A DNA stretch of 64,000 bases from Podarcis bocagei (lineage: Eukaryota): the NCBI GenBank assembly GCA_964188305.1, contig OZ076890.1. One strand, 5' to 3'. The notes under the pieces are model-generated. The model ran no database searches. It was not told the DNA's origin and saw nothing but the letters and a program-made list of their open reading frames with translations. Each line of letters starts with the position of its first letter. Position 1 is the first letter of the stretch. The translations under genes and the position numbers were made by a program. Of the stretch, positions 1-13,537 are shown piece after piece.

Positions 1-2199
1 TAAGTGTTTTGACATGGTTCTCAGCATTGCAAATTAAATGCAAAAATGAGGATGGATCAGGATTTATGAATGAACAATTAGAGAACTGACACAGACTTGT
101 AACAGATTTATTCATCCATCCCAAATAAAACGCATGAATTAAATGTATGGTCAGCTACAATTCTATATTTGTATTTAGGAACACCTGGGTTTTAGATAAG
201 TTCTGTCTCCATCTAAGTCTTCCTTTACACAGATGGGGATCCTCCTGTTGCCCCCCCCAACTCCCACTATCCTTGACTATTGGTCATGTTGGCTGGGGCT
301 GATCACAGCTAGAACAATAGTAACTATTCATGGAACAGTTCACAGTAACTATTCACGGAACACCAAAGCTCTTAGCCACTGAATGAAGAAGTAAAAGGAG
401 AATTGACTGTAAGCCTGCATTCAGGCATATGGTTTATATATTGCATTAGTTTCACTGGTTATAATGCTATTGCTTCTATCTCAATCTCTAGCATTCCTTT
501 TCCACTGTGGTACCTTAACATGGAAATAAGCATTAAACTTCTGCTAGACTCCACTAGATTTTCAGAAGTGGTTTTTATCATGTGAAATATTCAATAAAAT
601 GTGAACATCAACAGGTTAGGAAATGTTGGGAGGAGAGAATAAAGTGTTGTTTGAATGCAGCTCATGACAAATTATCCTATTCTAATTGTGGATGTACCAT
701 TTATTGTCCTTCTCTTTTAAAGCTCTGTTGACAATCTTATTGCTGGAAAGTTCTGCTTCACTTCTGAGTAATCAAAGGTGTTGAAACAGGCTTTTTCTAA
801 TGGCTGTATAGGGTTAAAAGTTAATTCATTCATTTTCAAACTAAAAAAAAAAAAGTGTGGCACAAATCCCAACATTTCTCTTTTGTTTGAAGCCAGGTTT
901 GCACAACTTGTGACCAAGTCCCACAGGATTTCTCAGTGGCATAAATTATTTTTGCCTATAAATAAACTAACTTTTATTTTGAAATCTCCATATACAAAAT
1001 GAGAAAATCTGGAATGATTATTTGAATTCCTTGCAATGTGGAATTCTTTGCACACCGGATACTTTACATTGGCAAAGTATCCTCACTGCCTTTTAGCAAG
1101 TAACTTTGAAGTTCAATTTTTTCCATTCATTAAAGTATGAACACTAACAATGCACAAACACATTTGTGATCAGTTCACAAGGAGCAGCACAAAGGATTCC
1201 TAGATTACATTTTAAACCAATGAAAGCAGTGAAAGACTTCAACAAGCTGTCAACGGATGACAACTGCTGGAAATACTTTAATTTTAAAACCCTAAGTACT
1301 GTGATTTCCAGCTTTGTACCTGACAATTAACAATAGTGTGCAGAGAAGCACAACATCAGTGGGTTGCTGGAGAAATTCAATAGTAGCTTTTTGAAGTGAG
1401 GTAAGCCAGTATGCCTGAAAACTGGATAAATTATTTGGATCAAAATTCAAATGAATACCACTAAGAAAAGTGGGAATCACAATCCTATTACTTGTTCATT
1501 AAATGAAGCTAGGGGCAGAATTGAACGCTGGCATTTTAAGATGCATTTGAACTTTCATCCTATACCTTTGGTACAAGGAGAAAAAAGCAGTCAAATAATG
1601 TATATTACTGAAATGAAATAGTGTATTGTAGCTCTTACCCAAAGATCAATGAACTGTACCTTTTGGAACTCCAAGGAATTGCCTTTTATAGTCAAAAGGT
1701 CAAAACAGAATTTAGAAAAGCAGCTATTAAAGTTACCTGGTCCTTATGGATTGTTCCCAGTTTGACAGTGAAATTGTGGGAAATGTCGGTCTTGGGTATT
1801 AACAAAGGGGTTTAAATCATTTGCTATTATTTAACTAGAAAAACCTTCACTTTAATTCCAACCATTTCTTTTACCCCTTTTCATGCCTCTTTAATTGATT
1901 TCATTTATATATATTTGGAATTAATGTGGCATGTTTCACCCCTGCTTCCAAATACTAATATGTTTCTTCTCTACTATATGGATCAGAACACACAGCCCTG
2001 GCTATATGGGAGCAATAGGACTTAAGGGCAGTGTGCATGGAAAAGGCAATTAGACAGCAGAAGATTGTTTTAAGATATTCAGATGGCGCTTAAAACAATA
2101 TACCAAAATAACAAACTAAGGCAGCACATTTAACTGCTGCCCATTTGAAGTAGCAGGAAGCGGGACTATGAATTCCTTTACAGAGGAGTGGCATCCCTA

Positions 2200-2312
2200 A
2201 GGGGGTTGGATGGCATCTTGTTTGCCTCACTGTAGCAACTCCTGCAGTCAAGCTGTCACAGTTTGGCTTCACCCCCATAGGTGGACTCCATTGTCCCTCT
2301 GGACTGATGCTG
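2200..2312 (+). mobile_element. Degraded RTE-derived non-autonomous retroposon fragment
   Basis: Contains GCAACTCCTGCAGTCAAGCTG and CTTCACCCCC...CTCCATTGTC, reverse-complement matches to the copies at 7141, 19795 and 26151; boundaries approximate. Confidence 0.5.
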
Positions 2313-3836
2313 CGAGTTGTGCTTTCAGTTTGCCTTAACGTATCTCAGGTATTTTAATGAAGAATCACCAAAAATCACCTCAAATTGCATGTTAGGCCAA
2401 AGAAGAAGATGCAATTCAAAGTAATATCTCCCCAGATTTAGGCTCTGGGACAGCAAAAACTCCCCACAACTTACTTTTGTACTGGGGAAACAATTGGTAT
2501 TACTCTGACTTCCCCTCTGGCACAGCTGAGTATATGTGATTGGAAGAAACCACTTTATTTTAAATCAGCTTTATGACTGACCCCTAAACTGTGGTACAGT
2601 TTAACTATTGTTTGTTGAAAACGATATTTTATTTGAAGCTTACCGTAAGTTTTAACAAACCATAGTGAAGATGAACTACATTTTACTCAATTCAGATGTT
2701 ACAACAAATCATGGTTAATGAAAAAAACCTAAGCAAAAGCTTTTGAACTCCTCTCAAATGGCCACACTGGACGAGGAAGGGGAGGGAGCATGTGAGCCAA
2801 AGGCTGCCTAGGCTTGTCTATAAGCTATGATTTTGCATTATGTCTGAACCAGTCCACTGTGGGGATTTTGTTTGTCTGCAATGTAAAGTGAAGATTCCTG
2901 GTTCACATTTCTGGACCCATGCTCAGATTAGAAAATACATGTGCTGTTTAGACTACATTTCCCTTAGCACACTTGGAGAGTCCTTTACTTACAATTTTAT
3001 GAGGTGCTCCAAGGGCTGCCTTAAAATCCTCTCCTTTTCAAAGGGAGCTTTTAACTGCAGAGCAACTAGAAATACTAGCACTTATCATGCTAGCTGAAAA
3101 TGTATCTATTTTCCCCCAGGAACTGGTTGTACATAATGTCCCTTCCCAGGTAATTTTATGGGGGAAGCCATTTCCCACTCCCATAGAGTGTCTTTGTGAT
3201 GCTGCCATTGGAGCCTTGCTCTGCTTCCATCTTCGTAGCTAAATATAGTTGACGGCATCAACTTGAATGTTTACAGAAAGGTTTCATCCATCTAGTGAAC
3301 TATTTCCCCTATGAAATATTTCCTTCTAGCACTGAAAAGCAAGTTGTTTCTACCCACAGCAATGGGGCTGAGTTGACTCAATGATTTAGTTATTCTGGCT
3401 TCCTGGCTCTTCTTCACCCAGATTGCAAACCGACACATGGCAATATGAGCAACTCCAGAATGGAGTAATGTGATCTGAGCCCTGAAAGTCATTTGCAGCA
3501 TTTCACAGAATGATAACATCTCTGCAACTTTCACACATAAATAATGGGTTTTCAGGCTTAGGAAAACACTTCCACAGTTCTAAGCACAAATCTAATAAAT
3601 AATGTAACACCAAAAACTTTAAAAACTAAGCTAGAGTTGCTAGATGTTATGGAGAGTTAAACCTTAATTGGGATACATTACCCATCTTTCAATGTATTCC
3701 TGTTGTGAAACAAAATGTTCCTTCACACATGTTGCTTTCCTCATGTCAGTATGTAGTGTTGCAGGAAAACAACAACTGGCCATCATCATCACTTCACAAA
3801 AACGTATGTGAATAATGTTGTTAGCCCATCTTACTT

Positions 3837-3970
3837 ATAGAATCACAGAAATGTAGAATTGGGAAGGATACCAAGGGTCATTTAATCCACCCCCTGAAAT
3901 GCATAAATCTTTTGCCCAACATGGAGCTCAATCCCACAACCCACAAGGATCATGCTCTACAGACTTACTG
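3837..3970 (-). mobile_element. tRNA(Lys)-headed SINE with CR1-type 3' tail (degraded)
   Basis: Minus strand reads GTAGAGCATGA...GGGTTGTGGGATTGAGCTCCATGTTGGGC (tRNA-Lys-CTT-like), then a CR1-like end GATGACC-type...TTCCCAATTCTACATTTCTGTGATTCTAT. Confidence 0.6.
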
Positions 3971-4461
3971 TGTACTTGCAAGGCATTTGCTGACAATCAC
4001 AGCGTCAGAGTACACCAGGAATGGTCCTCCAGGTACTACTGAATTCCATCTTTCCTAAGCCTCAGCTAGCTTGGCCAATGCTGAGGAATCATGGGCCTTG
4101 CCATCCACAATATCTCAACAGCAGGGCCAGTTCAACCATGAGGCCACGTAAGGCAACCGCCTCAGGTGGGAGAGGCCACAGGGACAGAAGATCACAATGT
4201 TGATCTCTCGTTCCCCTTTGTTCCTGATGTAGATGTTCAATCACCCTTTGTTCCCTGATCAGGTGGTGGGGAGGCACCATTTTCTGGTTTTTCTCAGGTG
4301 CCAAAATACCTTGGGAGTCCTTCTCAGGGGCCACAGGTTTCAAATCTGTGGTTTAGACATGACAGTACATGGTACATGGTACACAGTACTATTATTATTA
4401 TTAAAGTAATATATGTAATATAAAGCATTAATAATATATGATACATGACAGTACATGGTAC

Positions 4462-4463
<2 letters not shown>

Positions 4464-4522
<59 letters not shown>
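4464..4522. repeat. (TG)n microsatellite
   Basis: Uninterrupted TG run of about 29 units. Confidence 0.98.
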
Positions 4523-4527
<5 letters not shown>

Positions 4528-4640
4528 TCTCCTTGACATCTTGCAAGACTTTGATGATGCAGGCCTGGCCAGGATGGCTTTCCTGTTATAGCTTCTGGGC
4601 TTGACAAGGCATGTGACCATCAGCTGTCCAGAGTCTACTC

Positions 4641-4776
4641 CAGGCATAGGCAAACTCGGCCCTCCAGAGGTTTTGGGACGACAATTTCCATCATCCCTGA
4701 CCACTGGTTCTGTTAGCTTGGGATCATGGGAGTTGTAGCCCCAAAATATCTGGAGGGCCGAGTTTGCCTATACCTG
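4641..4776. mobile_element. hAT (Charlie/URR1-like) MITE, 136 bp
   Basis: TIRs CAGGCATAGGCAAACTCGGCCCTCCAGA / TCTGGAGGGCCGAGTTTGCCTATACCTG; exact 8-bp TSD GTCTACTC at 4633-4640 and 4777-4784. Confidence 0.92.
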
Positions 4777-6111
4777 GTCTACTCCAGCTGTGGTACTCCC
4801 ATGGGTACAGCAGATGGGGAGGAAAGCATGGGCATAGCCAAGGGGGGCAGTAGGGGTAGCTGCGCCCCCTAGATCAGGTAAAACAATATAAATACTTACG
4901 GCACACATGAAGGAAAGAGGGAGGAAATGGAACAATAGGCAGCCTTTCATGTGAATAACTCCAAATCCTTACCTAGTTTGGAGTGAGGCATCACATATTT
5001 TTATTAATGCTGAGGTGTAAACATTCTTACAAGACAACAGTCCATCTGAGGCTGCCAGATCAAGCTCCATAATGCTCCAGATGTTTGGTATTTTGAGCTC
5101 TAAGGAGTAATGTGCAACAGTTGTTCATATTTTGAGCCAAAGTGGTAAAAGAAATCCAAATTCACTTGTTGAGATTAAGGAAGAAGATGGGAATGGGGGG
5201 CGGGGGGCAGGAATCCATTTCTATCAGCTCAACAGCAATATGTTCCAAAAATTCTATCCCTAATCCACACAGAGGACATCCATTTCCTTAATAAGCTAAG
5301 TCTAGGGTTGAATTTAGACACATTTCTTGATATACAGCCCAGGAAAAGCTTTTTAATGCTCATTTACACTGCATTTAATGTAAAATGTTATGGAATTCAT
5401 TTTACATTAACTATAATTGTACTGTAGTAGTAAATTTCTGGACTTCCCTATTATATATAGAATTTATAGCTTTCCTCATTTTAACATCGTTATGAGACAA
5501 TTTTTGCCAGTTAAGTGCATTAATAAAACCAAGTTAAAATTACGCTTTCCTTCGTTTAAAAAAAAAATGTAAAATGAGCAACATTTATCCTCTTTATAAC
5601 TTTTTTTTGTTGAGGAGGTTCTTCTGTAACCATCTGAAACTGTAGCACCAGAAGCTTAAAAGTACTTCACTAACCAATTCATAATGCCATAATGATGTGA
5701 CCCCCCCCATATTCATTTTAATGTCTTTTTAATTTATTTAATTGGCATTTAGCATGATGCTGCTGAAAACGCTTTAGCTGTTGTGATGGAGACCTTTCTT
5801 TCACAAAGGCTGAAGATATATATGTAAGGCAATGAGGACAGAGATGGAGAGGTCCGTTCCACATCTTTATAATATTATAGGTGAAGGGGGAGCCTATGAA
5901 GAGAGGAATGCTGTTATCTCTAGTGCTTAAGAACACAATTATTGCACTGAGAACTCTCCCTCAGCCTCTCATTTCACATCTAAGCCTAGCTTAGATAACA
6001 CCAGAGACCCAAGTCCAAGAAGAATGTCCTTGTAGAATACTTTAAAATGCCCATTTCCTCCATTTATATCTTTTGGGATACACTGGAAAACAGATAAGAT
6101 GTACACATTAT

Positions 6112-6239
6112 AGGTTAGATCTAGACTAAATCAGTTGCATTTATTTCCCACTGAAATTAATGAGATCTAAGTTATGATAATCCTGTCCCATTAATTTAAG
6201 TGAAATATAAATCCATCTAATATAGTCTGGATCTAGTCT
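6112..6239. mobile_element. Old palindromic MITE (possibly PIF/Harbinger-type)
   Basis: Imperfect TIR AGGTTAGATCTAGACTA / TAGTCTGGATCTAGTCT (14/17), partial internal dyad symmetry, short AT-rich 3-bp flanking duplication. Confidence 0.4.
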
Positions 6240-7140
6240 TATAAATAAAAAAGCCTTATACATAAACAAGTAAACACATGCTGTTAAAATCATTGCTCCA
6301 GAAATCTACTTAAGAAAATGTCTATGGTTTCGCCATGACAAATAAAACTATAAGGAGATTATAAAAAATGAAACACGCAGAAGTCCAACAGATTTATCAG
6401 TTTAAAAATATATCAAATTTTGATTGGCCAGCATACTTCTTTCATTCAGTTTCATTATGGATGAGTGCCATTCAGCATATTAATTAAAACAGAAAATCTC
6501 TAAAATTAAAGCTTCTGAAGCTTCTGCACTATTATTAGAAGAACAATTCCCTTCTCATCTTTTAAATAAATTGCTTACAAGCCTCTTGTAATATTTCTTG
6601 GAAGTGTAGATTTCTGAAAAATCAATTTACTAATGGCTCCCAAGGAACACTGGTTACCTCTTTAATGAGTGCTGAATCTTTTAACAACATGAAACACATT
6701 TTTACTACTGATCCTCTGCTAGTCTTGCTATAGCAGCATCTAAAACTGGCTAAAAAGATGAATGGATTGAAACAGCCTAATAAATATTTAATCTCAAATG
6801 CTTATTTGATTAGCCACATTTACATGTGTTGCTTGGCATATTATAGAAAGTTCACAGTGTAACTTTAGCTTCTTCCAGAAAACGGGCTGACCTTTTAAGC
6901 ACATAGACAAAGCCATTTTCTCAGTTCTTGCAACCTGCCAGCTGTAACTGACACCCCAAAGGAAACAGATATGTGATACGGTTGGACGGCAACATACTGG
7001 CACTGTATAACAAGGTTACACAAGGTGTCCAAACTGTCTCCACAATAAACTGACCATTGGAAGAATACTCTCCTTTTATTGCTCAGCTACACTCTGAAGT
7101 CACCAGACATCCATTTTTTGGAGTGTCATTTCTACTAGGA

Positions 7141-7410
7141 TTGTTGTTGACATCCATCTGTCTTGAGTGGCAATGGAGTGTGGGGTGAAGTCAAACTGCT
7201 GCATTAGCAGCACTCAAGTGACCTCCCTGGGGTACAAGCTTGGGCAGTTGTATGGAGGTCCTGGGCTGCCCAGAGGACAATGCCTTGATCTCACTGGTGT
7301 GGTCCTGAGGAAAGCAGAGCAATACATTTGGCACCAGCTTGCCTGCAGGAATTGCTGGAAGGAGGCAAACAAGGTGCGTTTCAACCAACTTAAGAATGCC
7401 TCTCCAGATT
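7141..7410 (-). mobile_element. RTE-derived non-autonomous retroposon
   Basis: Minus strand ends in (CAA)n after ...AGACAGATGGATGTC; shares AGCAGCAC.CAAGTGACCTC and TTTGGCACCAGCTT.GCTGCAGGA blocks with the copies at 19795 and 26151. Confidence 0.65.
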
Positions 7411-7436
7411 TGTGTCAACTGCACTGTTTAGGACTA

Positions 7437-7670
7437 CAGTGGTACCTCTGGTTATGAACTTAATTCATTACAGAGGTCCATTCTTAAGCTGAAAGCATTC
7501 TTATCCTAAGGCACACTTTCGCTAATGGGGCTTCCTGCTGCGCGCGTGCCTCCAACATGTGATTTCTGTTCGCATCCTGGGGCAAAGTTCGCAACCAGGA
7601 GCAGCTACTTCCGGGTTAGCGGAGTTCATAACTAGAGGTCCCAAAGCATTTGTAACTAGAGGTAACACTG
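7437..7670. mobile_element. Tc1/mariner (Tigger/pogo-like) MITE, family A, 234 bp
   Basis: TIR CAGTGGTACCTCTGGTTA / TAACTAGAGGTAACACTG flanked by TA; interior homologous to 14658, 25607 and 59227. Confidence 0.88.
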
Positions 7671-7851
7671 TATAAACATTGGATTTAAATGAACAGGTGC
7701 CTATCTATGTGAACATTAAGCCTCAAAATGGATCTCTAGGGCCCTGAAAATGGGATGGGGAGGGAGGCACAATGTCACTTATGATATCTCATTGGAGAGT
7801 AATCAGAGGACTGTATCATCTTAACCAGTAAATGCTTTACAAACAAAACCT

Positions 7852-7934
7852 TAAAAAATTCCTTCCAGTAGCACCTTAAAGGAATTTTTTTATTTTGACT
7901 ATGGCAGACCAACACGGCTACCTATCTACTACTG
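7852..7934 (+). mobile_element. Penelope-like element 3' end with collapsed inverted pseudo-LTR
   Basis: Same sequence as the arms of 60766-60958 (TTCCTTCCAGTAGCACCTTAAAG; TTTTGACTATGGCAGACCAACACGGCTACCTA); 11-bp TSD AAACAAAACCT at 7841-7851 and 7935-7945. Confidence 0.8.
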
Positions 7935-8894
7935 AAACAAAACCTAATCAAAGATGGGTATTTTAATGGACACCATTGAGATGAATGGGTTTTGAACAAC
8001 ATGTATGAATGGGTTTTGAACAACAGTATGAGCCACCCTTTCCTTTAAGATTAGGGGCTCCAGATTGTGCTGCAGATTGCAGTTGATTGTGCTCTGAAAG
8101 AGACTTACATTGAAATATTAAATCACAATCAGATCATTACGGATAGGTTTACGAGCTCTCAAGTTATCTTAGATGTCATTACACCTCAGTTGATGAGTTT
8201 ATTTGTGTAATGGTTAATCTTTCTATCAGATCCTTTCTAGGTGCCACATATTCACAGTTAACAGAAGCAGAAAAAGCAGAATGAAATGACCAAGCTAAAA
8301 ATAAGGACATTTCCTGTTCAAATCCCAAAGCACATCTATTCATAGACTCAGTAATAGATGAAGAATGAGTCTACTAGGTCATTTAGCCTGTCATTCTTCC
8401 AATGTCATAAGATTTTATCAGTTTTCAAACCAGATTAATGTTGATTATTTCCATGCCAGGTTAAAGTTAGGGAAAGGAGGAGAACATGTGTGCTTTGATG
8501 TTTTAGCATTTAGTCTAGTTCAGGAAACCTGAAATATTTCAAAGAGTTAAAAGAATAAAAATGTTAGGTGGTTTGTTTTTTGTTTGTTTAGAAAAAAACT
8601 GAGTTTCCACTGAACATTTTGTCATGGTTTCTCTCATCCAAACAAGTCATGACTGGTAATCAATAGAACAGACCTTGACTATATAGTTGAGAGCAAGACA
8701 AACCATGGGTCAGAGTTGAGACAATATGCTAAGCCAATCCATGGGTTAACTCACAACAGCATGACAGGAGAAGCAGCAATGTGGCCATGGCACATTCTTG
8801 ATATGCCATGGTTTGTCTTAGCATTATGTGAAACTGGGCCTATATAAAAAGGGTAATTGATTGAGATTATACAGTACACTGTCTACATATTTTC

Positions 8895-9122
8895 CCGTTG
8901 CTCCCGTTGCTCGGTTCCTGCTCCTGCCAACCTAGCAGTTCGAAAGCACATCAAAGTGCAAGTAGATAAATAGGTCCCGCTTCGGTGGGAAGGTAAACGG
9001 CGTTTCTGTGTGCTGCTCTGGTTTGCCAGAAGCGGCTTAGTCATGCTGGCCACATGAGCGCTGCAACCCCAGAGTCATTCGCAACTGGACTTAACTGCCA
9101 GGGGTCCCTTTATCTTTACCTT
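8895..9122 (+). mobile_element. Sauria-type SINE, 5'-truncated with internal deletion
   Basis: Body matches the full copy at 20326-20682; ends in an (ACCTTT)n-like tail; TSD TACATAT[T/C]TTC at 8884-8894 and 9123-9133. Confidence 0.88.
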
Positions 9123-12100
9123 TACATATCTTCAGAGTAAAACAGAGAAAAGTATTGTGAAACTGAAGTTGTCTGCATTGCTGAATCCTATCCACTCACC
9201 CCCTTTAGCTTGTGTTCTTTTTGCAGAAAAGTAAAACTGTTATTCCATTTTTATTGAGAAGTTCTGATCCTCCTTTATATCAGTAAGCAAAGGTGATCCA
9301 AAGTTTTTGAGACAAAACTGTATGTGACTACAGAAGGGTATTGCATAACTACTAAAAGAGAATGGAAAAGAATAGCTTTCAACTACACCCACACAATGGC
9401 CATAGGCTTCTGATTATTCATAATATAATAAAATCATTGTACTCTCTTTCAATCATCTAGATTTTCCTGGATAACTCTGTATTCATCTATTTATTAATAA
9501 TATGAGGCATTCTCATATCAATTTTTTTTTAAAAAAAATGCATTACCACGAGTAACATCAAACAAAACAAGCCAAACAAAAAGCAAAAAGCAAACAAACT
9601 TCAGTTCAGTAGAATGCTTTTTATTTATCATCAGTAGTATGCTAGGCAGGTCAACAGGCTAATAGGTCTCTGTGCAGAAATGTTCTCATAGAAAGCACAT
9701 ACTTGGCTGGGTTCAATAAGGAAATCTTTCTTTTTTTCTCCCACACTGCAGCCCACGACCTTCACAAGAAAATGCTCCAATATGAACCAGCTGCTTTGAT
9801 AACAAGAATGCAAAGCCTCCAAGGACTAGGGCAAAGCTTTCTGGGAGAGAAAACTGTTGCCTTGTTCAGAATCCAATCAAAAACCTGAATGTACTGAGCA
9901 AAAAATAAACCAAGGTCATCATTATTCCTTCTCATTGTGCTTTGGCTTGCCTTCAAATTGCTTAGCATGTGTCTCTGAAATAGCAGCGCTGCCTCCATTA
10001 AGTGAGACTCCCATCAGTTTAATCAAAGTACCTTGCAGAATTCAAAACACAAACATGTCAATTTCCATATATCCTTAAGTTCTTTCCATATCCTAAGTGA
10101 TAAAATTCGGAATGAGCCTTGTAGAGGATTTTTTTTTAAAAAATCTGCTGCCACACCCTCCTTACTAATTCCTGTATTGCCTATGCCTGATCACATCATG
10201 TGAAGTAAAGAGTGGTGGAAGAGATTTACAGTACAATCCTATACAGGAAATCCCATTTAATTCTATGGGATTTACTCTCAGATAAACGTGTATAAGATTT
10301 CAACCTAAAGCTGGTTTGTGAATTACAGCTGAAAGGCAGGTTATAAACGTTCCATACAAACACGCAAACACATAAAAATAAAAATGCTTGGGTTGAATAA
10401 ATAAATGTCCTCTCCAAACTTAAAAACAACAAAAACATATAAATTATTCTTCCACTGAGCCACAGAAATTGGTTTACAATAAAACAAGATGATATACCAA
10501 TGGAAAATAGTGACAGGATAAATAAAAAAGTCAACAGCCTTAAAAACAAAGCTGGGAGAGTCACAGTTAAAAATATAGTGACATTAAACAGAGCCAAAGC
10601 AGGCAGACGCCAATGACAAGAGGTAAAGGCCATTGAAACAGAACTCTTCAACAAGCTGCCTAAAACCATACTATGAGAGCGGGAGTTCTAGTGCTCCTAT
10701 CAAAAAGACAGGCTTTCCTGCGATCTCCCCACCAGCTATCCCACCAGCAAGTGACCTTTCCCCCAAACAGAGTGCCCTATCTCCCTTTTCAGGCTGTCCT
10801 GGAAGTCTCCCAGCAATGCAAGACATGCAACATTTATTCCAAAAGGAAGTTTCTTCCACCGAAGCTCAATTGCCAACATCACCACCAAAGCCACATTAAA
10901 TAGATGTGGTTTGACTTGACCCAGCATTTGTCAGTCTCACTGGACAAGTGGCAAAAATGCAAACTTTTCCAATCAATAGCAACATCATGCCCTCTCATCT
11001 CTTCAAATAAACTATTTGTTTTGTTTAGTTCCAATACGCGGGCCATACATTTTGGCAGGACTCATTCATACACTTTCACTTTGCAACAAATTTTGGAGAT
11101 AAATTAGAAGCAGCCAAAGAGATTATTGCTGCCACACCTCCTATTTTTACATTCTACCTACAGCTACATAAGCATGTGAGTTGTTAGCCACCTTCCATGT
11201 GGAAAGATATGGCTGGTAGTGTAACCTTGCATTGGTAGTTTATGAATTGTGCATGTCTGCTTTTTAAAAAGACAGAAAAGGATAAAAATACCAACCTTAG
11301 AGCATTCAGGAAAAGATTTCTATACCTGTATGTGGATAATATACTGAGGCCAAGTATGAAATAAAAATGGTTATCCTTCCACAATCTTTAAAACAGAACT
11401 ATCAATCTTATCTAGGTTCTTTCTTTCTTTCTTTTTCTTTTTTTGCAAGAAAATATGAAAAAGTTGTAGCACAGAGTGTGAGGAAGGACGTAAAAACACC
11501 AGAGCAACCTTAGGGCTCTTTTCTTGTTGGGTGAGATGGGGAAAGGTGCAGTGACTGTTCAACTACTTTACTACAAAATAATGAACAAGATCCCATTTCA
11601 TGTACATCAATCAGGGCAGTGAAACAGCATATGCCATTATAATTCAAAGCAGCTGATAGTCTTTTGAACTTTTGCCAGACTATTAAAAACAATAATGAAA
11701 AATCTATTTTTATCCCAGTCACTTCCCTCCCCTCCCCTCCCCAACCAGAAACCTTTAGTAAATACTGAATCTTCGAAATGCCCCTTGTGTTCTCACACAA
11801 TAGCTTTTTATTTCCGCGAATTTCTATTTAAGTGTAATTGTTTAAGCAACCCTGAAATGCAGGCACCCCTTCTCACTGTTCTGTAGTCAACCTTTGCATC
11901 ATTGGGGTGAGTTCCCCCCCAAGATTGCATCCTATTAAAGGGCTTTCCTACAGACCTCAGCAGAATTATGCCACAGATTGAAATGCAATGGTAAAAGTAT
12001 TTCAGACATTTTGTACTTACATTCTTCCTCTTCCTCATACCACAGCATGTAAGCATAAAAGAAGGTCCAAGGCAAACACCAACAGAGTTTCCCAAAGTAC

Positions 12101-13174
12101 TACAATCCAGTGTCACTGTTCCAATGTCCTTTTTAAAAGCCAACAAAAATAAACCAAAATTATGATGGCTGCGACTCAACAAGCCGCAGCATTTCACACA
12201 AAAAATCCTCTCATCTCCTTAATATTCCCTTGTTGATTTCAGTGTACAGTCAGCTGCTTCTCAGAACTGGATTCTGTACCGGGGAATAACATGATTCTAA
12301 CTTCCACTAAGCTGACAGAGTAACTGATGCCAGGGTTCTGTTGAGGCCCTGAGATGTTTCAAATTCCAGGACCTGCGCAGAAGCAATAAAGCACGCTTTC
12401 CTCAAAACAAGTTGGCTTCCCATAATAGGCCAGCTGATGAACTCTACATATAAGGCTCTGTTTTCACAATGGCATGTATAATGGATTTAAGTGATGTGGA
12501 GCAGCTTTCCGGATAACATTCAAAACAACTCTACGGTGCACACAGTGCTGCTTCTCTTGTAAATGCCTGGCGGATCAGATTGTGATCATCATCATGAAGA
12601 TGAGAAGCCTTTGCAGACTGAGGAAACTTTCCAAACACATTATCAGCACCTAGTTGGGTTAATCTGAATTTTACTTTATGCATTTATTTTACGTTTCTTA
12701 ATTTATTTTCACCTTGGGGGTGGGGTTTTTCAACTCCACCACAATTCCCCACAGCTATATTCACATTCAGCAATCATAAGAATGCCAGAGACTCAATATT
12801 TATTGAATCTAACCTCACCACTCGGGAAATATTTTAAGAAAAAAACCTCCTAACTCTTCTGACCTGAGAAATGCTATACCAAAATAACAACCTGAAAAAA
12901 CAAACAAGCCAATCCATGGGGGTATAACACTTTTAAAAAAATCTGTCTTCAGTAAACTCATGCATATTGAACATGACAAGTAATATTTGTCACAATATGT
13001 GTTTACTATGTCTCAGTTTAACTCATTTTCTTTCAGAATAGGAATACTGCCAGTCCAGCTGGCAGGGAGGGGCAAGGTTATGCCCCTGGCCTTCTGGCAT
13101 CGTCATAGCTGAAGCTTACCAATAGGGAGAAGCAATGGGGAGGCTCACACTGTGTGGATGCAACAGGAGAATTG

Positions 13175-13537
13175 GAGTACTGGACCCAGGTGATGATTTG
13201 TACTGAATGGCTCTCAAATCTGATTCAAGAAACCCAGTTCTCCTCAAGAAGACATCACTAATGTATACATTTCTGCAAACAATTTCCCCTAATACTGCAC
13301 AATGCATTTTTGGATGTTAGTGAAAATATCTTCATTCTTATGCACATTTCCTCCTAATATATGAATATTCATATGTATATATGAACATTGTTTGGTTGGA
13401 GTACTGCACCGCAAAATTTGGATATGTATGAATTTTGAAGGATAGCTGTGCTTTGCTCCTCATCATGTTCAGGAAGTGCAAAGTTGAGAGATTCAGCTAT
13501 AAATGCATACAGAATCAAATTTCTCCTCCATTCCTAG
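13175..13537. mobile_element. Old interspersed repeat (probable DNA transposon remnant)
   Basis: Reverse-complement similarity to 57870-58120 (AATGCATATATTAG, GTTCTCCAACCAA, GCAGAAATG and AACTGGATTT blocks); boundaries approximate. Confidence 0.45.

Noticed and set aside
2540-2850. Old AAACCATGGTT-rich repeats (also ~8690-8840, 31480-31720, 53900-54240)
   Set aside because: Probably ancient MITE remnants, but I could not define termini or family.
7981-8025. 21-bp tandem duplication (similar ones near 315-361 and 61282-61315)
   Set aside because: Ordinary local slippage duplications with no further structure.
10226-10930. 147-aa hydrophobic ORF and neighbours
   Set aside because: The T-rich strand yields Phe/Leu by composition; only a faint resemblance to an old L2 3' end, too weak to call.
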